Assembly (NCBI GenBank): GCA_016196885.1
Contig: JACPWU010000008.1
Location: forward strand, 1 to 28,240
Source: Chlamydiota bacterium
GTDB taxonomy: Bacteria > Auribacterota > JACPWU01
Length of the DNA stretch: 28,240 bases
Reading direction: 5' to 3'
A program made the position numbers and the translations under genes. Below the pieces are notes generated by a model that worked only from the letters and a program-made list of their open reading frames with translations, did not search any database and was not told the DNA's origin. Every line of letters starts with the position of its first letter. Position 1 is the stretch's first letter. Shown here piece by piece: positions 1 to 7,592 of the stretch.

Positions 1-1
1 T

Positions 2-157
2 ATCATGGGACAAAATAAAATTCAGTCAGAAGATCCCAAGGCCAAGGAGGACACGAGCGTTTTAGAGGTGATGCTAGACGTCGAAAAAAAAGAATTTCTT
101 AAATTGGGACTCCGTGTGGATGTGACGATTGAAGTTGCAGAGGAAGAAAAAAATTAA
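2..157 (+). CDS. 3' end of an upstream gene (partial, unknown function)
   Basis: Frame 2 is open from the window edge to TAA at 155-157 (...VLEVMLDVEKKEFLKLGLRVDVTIEVAEEEKN*). No recognisable motif. Overlaps the earliest possible TTG start of the next ORF. Confidence 0.3.
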   Translation: MMGQNKIQSEDPKAKEDTSVLEVMLDVEKKEFLKLGLRVDVTIEVAEEEKN

Positions 158-1433
158 AAAACTCTCAGAGTATTCCAAAGATTTTGGTCAATTCCTCGAG
201 AAAACTCCGTTACGGGTGGTGAAGGCGACTCGTGAGGATCAGATTGCTCGGTGTTTGAAGATGGCTCGTGCCGAAAGTCTTTCGGTTTCTGTTCGCGGGG
301 CAGGTCACTCCTCCAATGGTCAGTCCCTGAATGAGGGTGGGCTTTTGTTTTTGAATTTCTCTCGCCGTCCTCGATTCAAACTCTTAGAAAATGGTTGTGT
401 AGAAGTCTTGACCCAAACGTGTTGGTATGATCTTGAGAAGGCGCTTAATCGCCTGGGTCGTTCAGTTCCCGTGATGACCAAGTATCTCAATCTCTCGGTG
501 GGCGGAACGCTTTCTGTAGGGGGATACGGGGTCCGCTCTCTGGTCCAGGGAGGACAGATAGACCATGTCAAGCGCTTGCGGTTGATTTTGCCTGAGGGGA
601 AGGCGTTGTCGTGTTCTCCCCACAAAAATTCGAAACTGTTTCAATATGCGCTTGCGGGACTGGGTCAAGTCGGAATGATTGAAGAGGTGGTGATGAAAAC
701 CCTTCCCTATCATCCGCTGACCTTTTTATATTTTTTAGAATCCAAGTCTCTCTCTCACTACGCGGCTTCTCTGGAGTGGCTGCTGGACTGGAAAGAAGAG
801 GTGCCCGACCATTTCTCTGCCTCTTTTTGCAAGGGTAAAATGATTTCAACGTATGGCGTTGGATTTTCTAGTATTGATTCAAAACGTTTTGGCCGTATTT
901 CAGGCCCTTTGACGAAGGTACCAAGCCAGAATACAAAGGTCATTCAGGATTATCACTTTGCTCTTCATTCGGTTCAGAATGAATGGGTCTCTCGTTTCCA
1001 AAAGCACTTTCGTGTCTGGGGGGATTATTTCTTGGATTATAAAGGATTTTGTAAATTCTTAAACTATGTGGAAGGTGAATTAAAAAAATCACACTTTTCT
1101 CAGGGTCTTGAAGCCATTTATTCTGTGGTGATGCGCCGACCTCAAAGGCGTCTTTTCTTTCCCTTGGAAGCCAGGGTGTCTCCTCTGACTTTTGGTGTGG
1201 GTTTCTATTATATGATTCCCTGGAAAAGATCGGACCCGTTAAAAAATGCAAAAAGAATGCATGATCGATTGCTTGAAAAGTGCCTAGAATATGGAGGACG
1301 CCCTTATTTATTTGGATATCAGGCCTGGGGCGAAAGCATCCGTCGACAGGTTTATGGCGAGGCATATGAAGAGCTTATGAAGCTTCGTCAGAAACTCGAT
1401 CCCCAGGGACTTTTCCAAGGCGGGAAGTTTTAG
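129..1433 (+). CDS. FAD-linked oxidoreductase (PCMH-type FAD-binding domain, cytokinin-dehydrogenase/lactone-oxidase-like)
   Basis: 434-aa ORF. N-terminal VRGAGHSSNGQS motif after ...VVKATREDQIARCL is typical of FAD_binding_4 domains. C-terminal ...GGRPYLFGY...LDPQGLF tail is typical of this superfamily. The TTG start at 129 is uncertain. Confidence 0.8.
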   Translation: MKLQRKKKIKKLSEYSKDFGQFLEKTPLRVVKATREDQIARCLKMARAESLSVSVRGAGHSSNGQSLNEGGLLFLNFSRRPRFKLLENGCVEVLTQTCWYDLEKALNRLGRSVPVMTKYLNLSVGGTLSVGGYGVRSLVQGGQIDHVKRLRLILPEGKALSCSPHKNSKLFQYALAGLGQVGMIEEVVMKTLPYHPLTFLYFLESKSLSHYAASLEWLLDWKEEVPDHFSASFCKGKMISTYGVGFSSIDSKRFGRISGPLTKVPSQNTKVIQDYHFALHSVQNEWVSRFQKHFRVWGDYFLDYKGFCKFLNYVEGELKKSHFSQGLEAIYSVVMRRPQRRLFFPLEARVSPLTFGVGFYYMIPWKRSDPLKNAKRMHDRLLEKCLEYGGRPYLFGYQAWGESIRRQVYGEAYEELMKLRQKLDPQGLFQGGKF

Positions 1434-2196
1434 GGTTTAAGCGGTTTTTGCCCACTGTATAAAAAATTGGCAAAGTACCCTCGCAAAATGCCTTTGCTAT
1501 AAGCCATCCCGGCCTTGAAATGACTGCGATAACTTTTCCGCTCCCCTGGATCTTTGGGGAAGACTTTTTCCTCCAGGCCGATGCGGCTTAGAAAGAGGGG
1601 AAGGCGGGATTTTTGAATGATAAATTTGGCCGAAGGACGGGCATTGAGTGCATGCGCTTCTACGTTTTCGAAGCCCGCTCCAACAAGATATTGCTTAACG
1701 GTGTTCGCAGAAATGAGAGAAGGAATATGAAATCCGTCTAAAACAATTTTGAGTTTTCGATTTTCTTTTGGAGTGAGGGGAAGCTCCTGAACAGCAAAAT
1801 CTGCAGACCGCCAGTAACCTCCGGGTTTTAGGACGCGATGTACCTCGCTCAGAAAACCTGATTCAAGGCAGCCAGCACTTCAGCGATTGTAACATGGCTT
1901 GGGCAAAGGGTGATGCCTGTCACACGGCACCCGAAACGAGTGGCGGCCCACACCGCAAATCCTCCCAGTCCACATCCAATGTCCAAGATATGTGTGTCAG
2001 AGTGGATGGAAAGCTTTTCGACCAGTCTTTTGTTGGATTGGAGAAGGGCCTCAGGAAAGGTCTTGATTCCAGGATCTGAAACGCCATAATGCCATCCATA
2101 GGTTCCTGACGCGTAATGGAAATAAGAAGAGGTGAGATGGGTGTAATAATCTGAAATTTCTTTAGACAGCTTTTGGTTTGCGCTTAGTGAAGTCAT
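1430..2196 (-). pseudogene. Class I SAM-dependent methyltransferase disrupted by internal deletion plus frameshift
   Basis: The N-terminal fragment (track ORF 1849..2226) carries motif I ILDIGCGLGGFAVW and post-I RVTGITL, then stops at ...AALNQVF*. A second frame with no start codon stays open from about 1872 to a stop at 1430-1432 and encodes FLSEVHRVLKPGGYW... plus about 130 further aa. The roughly 45-50 aa normally between these motifs (acidic loop, FD..s.e..H) are absent. The likely ATG at 2196 overlaps the cyclase TGA as ATGA. Confidence 0.65.
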
Positions 2197-4148
2197 TTGG
2201 AGGAAAAAATAATCTCTCCTTTCCATGCTTGGGGGATGCCAGAGCTACGGAGAAATTTAATTTGTTGAAGATAAAATTCGCAAGGTTTTTTTAGGGGGGT
2301 GCTTCCGGATAAGAGTTTTTCGAACGTTTTAGAGGCTTCCTCCCATTGGCGATTTTTAAATTGTTGTAGGGCCTCAAGCCATCGATTTCTCAAGGGATCC
2401 GGGAGAGGCGCGTGGAGTAAACTGTACACTGTCACGGTCTCCTTTTTTCCAACGACCTGAATCGTTCCTAACTCCAAATAGGGAAGAGGCCTTTTTAATT
2501 GATCAAGCACAGAGTTCGTGATGAGAATATCAGTCCCAAAATATTTGTTAATCCCTTCAACCCGGGACGCCAGATTGATGGAATCACCGATGGCGGTGAA
2601 ATCAAATCTTTTAGAAGATCCCAAATTTCCGACCACCATCGACCCCGTGTGAAGTCCGATGCGTGTTTTGAGAGATGGAAAACGATCCGAGGCATTAAAT
2701 TTCTCAATCTCTTTTTGGATGCTCAGGGCTGTCTCACAGGCAAGTTGTGCGTGATCGGGAGTTTTGATGGGAGAACCCCAAAGTGCAAAAACGGCATCCC
2801 CAATAAATTTAATCAAGGTCCCTTTTTTTTCGAAAATTTCATTCATGACCTCAGTAAAATAGGCGTTGAGCATGTGGGCGACGGCCTCAGGGGCCATGGA
2901 TTCTGACTTTTCCGTGAATCCTTCAATGTCTGTGAACATCGCGGTTGCCATCACTTTTTCTCCGCCCAACCGAAGGGCCTCTGGATTGCGAGCGACTTCT
3001 CTGGCCATTTCAGGAGAAATATAAAATTGAAATGCGCGTTCAAGCTGGCGTTTTTTTCTCTGTATGACAATGTAATACAGTAAAGTACTGCCCAAATAAT
3101 TGAGGGGAAGAATCACCGTTGTCAGAAGTGCCCCCGGGATAAAAAGGCCTTTGAGAAAAATTTCATAGGCCGCGAGAGCCCACAGAGAGGGAGCGCCGGC
3201 CAGAAAAAAAATTCCGGGCACGGGGGAAATGCTTAAAAGAAGAAGACTCAAAAGCCACGTAACGAGAAAAAGCACACCCAGTTCAAGATATTTTGGGGCG
3301 CGGCGGATCCACTGGCCCGTGATTAAATTTTCAGTCGCCGTTGCATGAATTTCTACCCCAAACATGCGCCCGTCTTTGGAGAAGGGCGTTAAATAGGCGT
3401 CTTTCTCGGCTGGGCCCAAGGCTGTTCGAAGGGATAATCCCACAAATACAATTTTGTCCTGAAAAAACTGGGGATTGATGGGAAATTCTTTTTCCAAGAC
3501 TTGATCGTAAGAATAAGTGGGGATGGTTCGCGGGGGGCCATAATAATGGATGAAATCTCTGGCAGAGGGAAGGAATTCTCTCTTAGAAAGGGCCGCTTCT
3601 GAGAGGGAAGGGAGTTGACTTTCAAGTTCTGAATTTCGAGAGAGAAAATGTCGGATGTGTCCTTCTTCCTCAGGCAGCCCAACCAGTGCTATCTTTTCGG
3701 CCTTTTCCTTAAAAATATTCAAAGGAAAAAGAATCTCTTCTTTTTCATAATTTCTTTCTTCTGTTTTCCCGAGATCGGCTCCTAAGACAGTTGGAAGAGC
3801 GCTCATGGACTGGGCTAATTCTTCATCCACTGTCGAATCGGAGCCTGGGTCGAGAAACAAAACATCAAACACCACCCGTTTAGCTCCCAACTCTTTCAGA
3901 CGATTCAAAAGTTTTGCATGAAGGGCTCGAGGCCAGGCCTGATTCAGGGGGATATCGAGAGTTTTATAGCTATCCTCATCCATGGCGACAATGGCAACAT
4001 GGCCTGGAGGAGAAAGCGGTCCCCTGAGATGAAACCAAAGATCCAAAAATTTCATTTCAAGCGAATGACCCCAGGGCGATAAATAAAGGGCCATGTGTAA
4101 AGCGCCAACAGATGCTGCAATTAAAATAAGTAGACTCAGGCGTTTCAT
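2193..4148 (-). CDS. CHASE2 sensor domain-containing class III adenylate/guanylate cyclase
   Basis: 651 aa. Signal/TM segment, then a periplasmic domain of about 270 aa (VAIVAMDEDSY..., VVFDVLF) consistent with CHASE2, then three TM helices. Cyclase homology domain motifs follow: ATAMFTDIEGFTEKSE, KFIGDAVFALWGSP, RIGLHTGSMVVGNLGS, FDFTAIGDSINLASRVEG. Short helical C-terminal tail. Confidence 0.85.
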   Translation of the reverse strand: MKRLSLLILIAASVGALHMALYLSPWGHSLEMKFLDLWFHLRGPLSPPGHVAIVAMDEDSYKTLDIPLNQAWPRALHAKLLNRLKELGAKRVVFDVLFLDPGSDSTVDEELAQSMSALPTVLGADLGKTEERNYEKEEILFPLNIFKEKAEKIALVGLPEEEGHIRHFLSRNSELESQLPSLSEAALSKREFLPSARDFIHYYGPPRTIPTYSYDQVLEKEFPINPQFFQDKIVFVGLSLRTALGPAEKDAYLTPFSKDGRMFGVEIHATATENLITGQWIRRAPKYLELGVLFLVTWLLSLLLLSISPVPGIFFLAGAPSLWALAAYEIFLKGLFIPGALLTTVILPLNYLGSTLLYYIVIQRKKRQLERAFQFYISPEMAREVARNPEALRLGGEKVMATAMFTDIEGFTEKSESMAPEAVAHMLNAYFTEVMNEIFEKKGTLIKFIGDAVFALWGSPIKTPDHAQLACETALSIQKEIEKFNASDRFPSLKTRIGLHTGSMVVGNLGSSKRFDFTAIGDSINLASRVEGINKYFGTDILITNSVLDQLKRPLPYLELGTIQVVGKKETVTVYSLLHAPLPDPLRNRWLEALQQFKNRQWEEASKTFEKLLSGSTPLKKPCEFYLQQIKFLRSSGIPQAWKGEIIFSSK

Positions 4149-4197
4149 ATGAAATATCTCGTGTTTTTACCCTTTCCTATTTTCTGAATAAGGTTTT

Positions 4198-5649
4198 TCA
4201 AAAGCGGCGAAAAAAATCTTTCAAGGTTATTTCAGCGTTCACGAGCTTACGGGAATGTTCGTTGGCTTTCAATCCTGCTGAAGCGATCATCACGAGCGAA
4301 ATCTGTTTTCTCGTTTTTGTTTTTTCTTTGAAAAGGGTCATTTTCCTTTCCAACTCATTTGCGGTACTTTTACTCAGAGAAAAGGGGATTTGCGTAAACT
4401 TGATTTCGCAAATCGAAATAATACCGTCCGAGCGGTCTATTAAAAGGTCTATTTGTGCCCCACTGTCCTCTTTTCCTATAGGAATATAACGCCAGGTCCC
4501 CAGGGTGCATGCAATGCCACTGATCCCTAAAGCCTTCAGTGCTTCATCTGCGTACTTTTGACAGAATCCCTCAAAGGCGTAGCCAGCCCAACTGGCCCAA
4601 GCCGGACTCTGACGTACTGTAAGCCAATAGTTATGAGGGAGGGGAATTCCTCTTTTCTGAAATTTTTCCATCCAGTGAAAATAAAAGAGGGTAAATTCAT
4701 CAATTACGCGATAAAAGCCCTCTCTGATGGTTTTTCCATAGGGTACATATTTTTGAATAAATCCAGCAGCCTCAAGTTCTGTGAGAGGCCTGTTGATGGC
4801 TCCTCCAGATTTTTTCCCTGTTTTTTTGAGGAGTTCAGACCTTGAAATACCTTTTCGGGTGTTTGCAATGATTCTGATCAGTCGGACATGTTTTTCCGGG
4901 TGAGTGAAGAGGGCGGGAAAAATTCTTTCAAATTCTGAATAAAGAAGGCCTTCCTTACGGAAGCAAACTTGGTGAAGCATCTGGGCTGCGGAGTGCCCTT
5001 TTTCGACTTGATTTAAATAGAAGGGAATACCTCCAATGGCCATGTAAAGTTCTGTCACTTGCTCTGGAGACAATTTAATTCCTCGGGCTTGTAAATAATC
5101 TTGGGCTTCTTTAGGTGAGAAGGGTTCGAGAAAAATTGTCTGTGTCAAACGGTTGTAAAGCCCTCCCTTTGCGTGGACGAGGTGTTCCAACATCCAGGAA
5201 GCTGCGGAGCCGCAGACAATGAGTTTCAGTTGTGGCATTTTGCTCCAGACGCTATTCCAAAAATGATCGAGCTCTTGTAAAAGGCCTGCTCGGGGAGTGG
5301 AAAGCCATGGGAGTTCGTCGAGAAAGACGACAGCTTTTTCATTTTTCTTTACTCGCTTGAGACCTTCCGTTAAGTGTGTGAAGGCCTCCCGCCAAGAGGA
5401 AAGTGGTTTAAGCTTTGTTCTTTTGAAAAAGGATTGCTCCAGTGCGGACTTAAAAATGTGGAGTTGATCACTGAGCGTTCCTTCCTTTTGGCCCATGGCT
5501 TCTAAATAGGGTCCCTTGTTCTCGAAAAAGGAGCGAATGAGATAGGTCTTGCCTACACGTCTGCGACCGTAAACAGCAATGAACTCGGCAGTGTTTGACT
5601 CCCAGAGACGTTCTAAAAGTTTTTGTTCTTTGATGCGTCCAATCATCAT
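4198..5649 (-). CDS. AAA+ ATPase of the archaeal-ATPase/DUF234 type with a nuclease-like C-terminal module
   Basis: 483 aa. Walker A VYGRRRVGKTYL, Walker B VVFLDELPW. Central winged-helix-like region. The C-terminal ...AQIDLLIDRSDGIISICEIKF... resembles a PD-(D/E)xK-type core. Confidence 0.75.
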   Translation of the reverse strand: MMIGRIKEQKLLERLWESNTAEFIAVYGRRRVGKTYLIRSFFENKGPYLEAMGQKEGTLSDQLHIFKSALEQSFFKRTKLKPLSSWREAFTHLTEGLKRVKKNEKAVVFLDELPWLSTPRAGLLQELDHFWNSVWSKMPQLKLIVCGSAASWMLEHLVHAKGGLYNRLTQTIFLEPFSPKEAQDYLQARGIKLSPEQVTELYMAIGGIPFYLNQVEKGHSAAQMLHQVCFRKEGLLYSEFERIFPALFTHPEKHVRLIRIIANTRKGISRSELLKKTGKKSGGAINRPLTELEAAGFIQKYVPYGKTIREGFYRVIDEFTLFYFHWMEKFQKRGIPLPHNYWLTVRQSPAWASWAGYAFEGFCQKYADEALKALGISGIACTLGTWRYIPIGKEDSGAQIDLLIDRSDGIISICEIKFTQIPFSLSKSTANELERKMTLFKEKTKTRKQISLVMIASAGLKANEHSRKLVNAEITLKDFFRRF

Positions 5650-5741
5650 ACAGAAAGGCCCTTGTTTTTATTTATGGACACATCATAGTATTTTAGATGA
5701 CTTATGTCCACTTTTATTTTTTTAGAATATGGATCCCCGAC

Positions 5742-7454
5742 TAGCCTGGATATCTCATGGTAGATAAAAAATGAAGCCCAACTTTTGAGTGTAACTGGTA
5801 GAATAGTAACCAGTTACAGCTCAAAAGAAAGGTAAAACAACCATGACAGAGTGTATCCAACAGGCATTTGAATTTCAAGGATTAAAAAAGAGAAAAGTAA
5901 CAGGACAGTTTGATGGAGGAACGATCACAAGCGATGGCGGAAGTTTGCTTTTAAGAGAACTGGAAAAGAAGACACAGATAATGAAACAGTTTTCACAGGG
6001 CTTCATTGATCATCGGGATCCAGATCTAATTGAACACAGCGTATATGAGCTTGTAACGCAAAGGGTGTATGGAATATGTCTGGGGTACGAGGATTTAAAT
6101 GATCATGATGTATTGAGGAAAGATCCTGTACTGGCCGTATTGAGTATGAAGGAAGATCCAACAGGAGCCAAGCGCAGACGAGAGAGTGATCGAGGGAATG
6201 CCTTGGTGGGTAAGAGCACGTTAAATCGTTTAGAGTTAACGAGAGAACAAATAGACAAGACGAAGAAGATCGTCTATCAGAAAGACGCCATTGAACGATT
6301 GTTTGTAGAATCGTATATGAAATTGGAAGGGAAAGAACCGGAAGAAATGGTACTGGATTTAGACGCTACGGATGATCTTATTTATGGGATGCAGGAGGGT
6401 CGATTTTTTCACGGATATTACGGAGATTACTGCTATTTGCCATTGTATATATTTTGCGGGGATCATTTACTGAGTGCTCGCTTAAGGCCATCGGATCGGG
6501 ATGCCAGTGATGGATCAAAAGAGGAGGTCGAAAGGATTATGGGGCAGATTCGGGAGAAGTGGAAGAATGTAAAGATTATTTTACGTGGAGATTCTGGTTT
6601 TGCGCGTGAAGAAATCATGGGCTGGTGCGATCTTAACGGCGTTGAATATGTGTTTGGGCTAGCGAAGAATGAACGGTTAAAGAGAGAGTTGGATGATGCG
6701 ATGAATGAGGCGATGGAGGAACATCAACAAACGATGAAACCGTCCAGACGATTTGTGGATTTTCAATATCGCACATTAGACTCCTGGAGTCGTGAAAGGC
6801 GGGTGATAGGCAAGGCAGAATATTTGGAGAAAGGTGAGAATCCCCGTTTTGTGGTGACCTCATTGGCTCAAGGATGGATGGATGCAAAGGGCTTGTATGA
6901 AGATTTTTACTGTGAGCGGGGAAACATGGAAAATCGGATTAAAGAACAACAACTGTATTTATTTGCGGATCGAACGAGCGCGCACTCGATGCGGGCCAAT
7001 CAGTTGAGGTTATGGTTTTCTTCGATCGCTTATGTGGTGATGAATGCATTGAGGACGCTCGGGCTTCACGGAACGCAGCTGGCTCAAGCTCAATGCCACA
7101 CGATACGCAATAAGATCCTCAAGATTGGAGCACAAGTAAGGGTAAGTTTCAGGAGGATTTGGATTTCATTTGCCAGTGGATATCCTTATCAAAATATTTT
7201 TTATCAGATTTTCGCTCGAATAAGGGCTTTATCGTTTTCAGGCTGAGCGAGTATAGATGGATCACGCAGCAAAATAAAATGATGAGGGCAGGGGTGTCTA
7301 AAAAAAGAGTGATTTCCGGGTTCTTTTTTCAAATGTTAGTTTTTGGACTCCTATGAAAAACAAAAATCTTAAAGATTTTTATTTTTACAGAATATTTTTC
7401 CAAAAAATACACGAATTTTTCGCTTTTTTTAAAACTGATGAGAAATGCAGGCTA
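5742..7454 (+). mobile_element. IS1380-family insertion sequence (about 1713 bp) with imperfect terminal inverted repeats
   Basis: IRL TAGCCTGGATATCTCAT (5742-5758) matches the reverse complement of IRR (7438-7454, TAGCCTGCATTTCTCAT) at 15 of 17 positions. The element encloses a single IS1380-type transposase gene. Its length fits the family. Confidence 0.8.
5843..7246 (+). CDS. IS1380-family DDE transposase
   Basis: 467 aa. N-terminal ...GGTITSDGGSLLLRELEKK..., DLDATDD, ILRGDSGFA and YCERGNMENRIKEQQ blocks are characteristic of IS1380/ISEcp1-like transposases. Confidence 0.9.
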   Translation: MTECIQQAFEFQGLKKRKVTGQFDGGTITSDGGSLLLRELEKKTQIMKQFSQGFIDHRDPDLIEHSVYELVTQRVYGICLGYEDLNDHDVLRKDPVLAVLSMKEDPTGAKRRRESDRGNALVGKSTLNRLELTREQIDKTKKIVYQKDAIERLFVESYMKLEGKEPEEMVLDLDATDDLIYGMQEGRFFHGYYGDYCYLPLYIFCGDHLLSARLRPSDRDASDGSKEEVERIMGQIREKWKNVKIILRGDSGFAREEIMGWCDLNGVEYVFGLAKNERLKRELDDAMNEAMEEHQQTMKPSRRFVDFQYRTLDSWSRERRVIGKAEYLEKGENPRFVVTSLAQGWMDAKGLYEDFYCERGNMENRIKEQQLYLFADRTSAHSMRANQLRLWFSSIAYVVMNALRTLGLHGTQLAQAQCHTIRNKILKIGAQVRVSFRRIWISFASGYPYQNIFYQIFARIRALSFSG

Positions 7455-7592
7455 AACATGTCCCCGAGTGTTTGAATCGGGGAACGCTCGGGGATGACAC
7501 AATTAGGAGATTTTGAGCTTATGGCGAGGTAAGCTCTGGGGCAAGCTAAGCTGTTCATCAAATTTAGGGCGATCGGGAATATTGTGGGTAGG

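Noticed and set aside
1849-2226. Intact 125-aa small methyltransferase
   Set aside because: It stops right after motif post-I. The rest of the fold continues in another frame without a start codon, so it is treated as a disrupted gene.
5650-5741. Weak inverted repeat TGGACA...TGTCCA upstream of the ATPase gene as an operator
   Set aside because: Only 6 bp are perfectly complementary, in AT-rich DNA. That is too weak to call.
7159-7356. 65-aa ORF at the 3' end of the IS
   Set aside because: It overlaps the transposase 3' end in another frame, is low-complexity, has no RBS and carries no recognisable motif.
5742-7454. IS1380 outward promoter driving a neighbouring gene (as with ISEcp1 and bla genes)
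   Set aside because: The gene downstream of the transposase is convergent (its 3' end faces the IS), and the ATPase is divergent from the left end. The orientation does not fit the known read-out mechanism. A polar or promoter-disrupting effect is more plausible.
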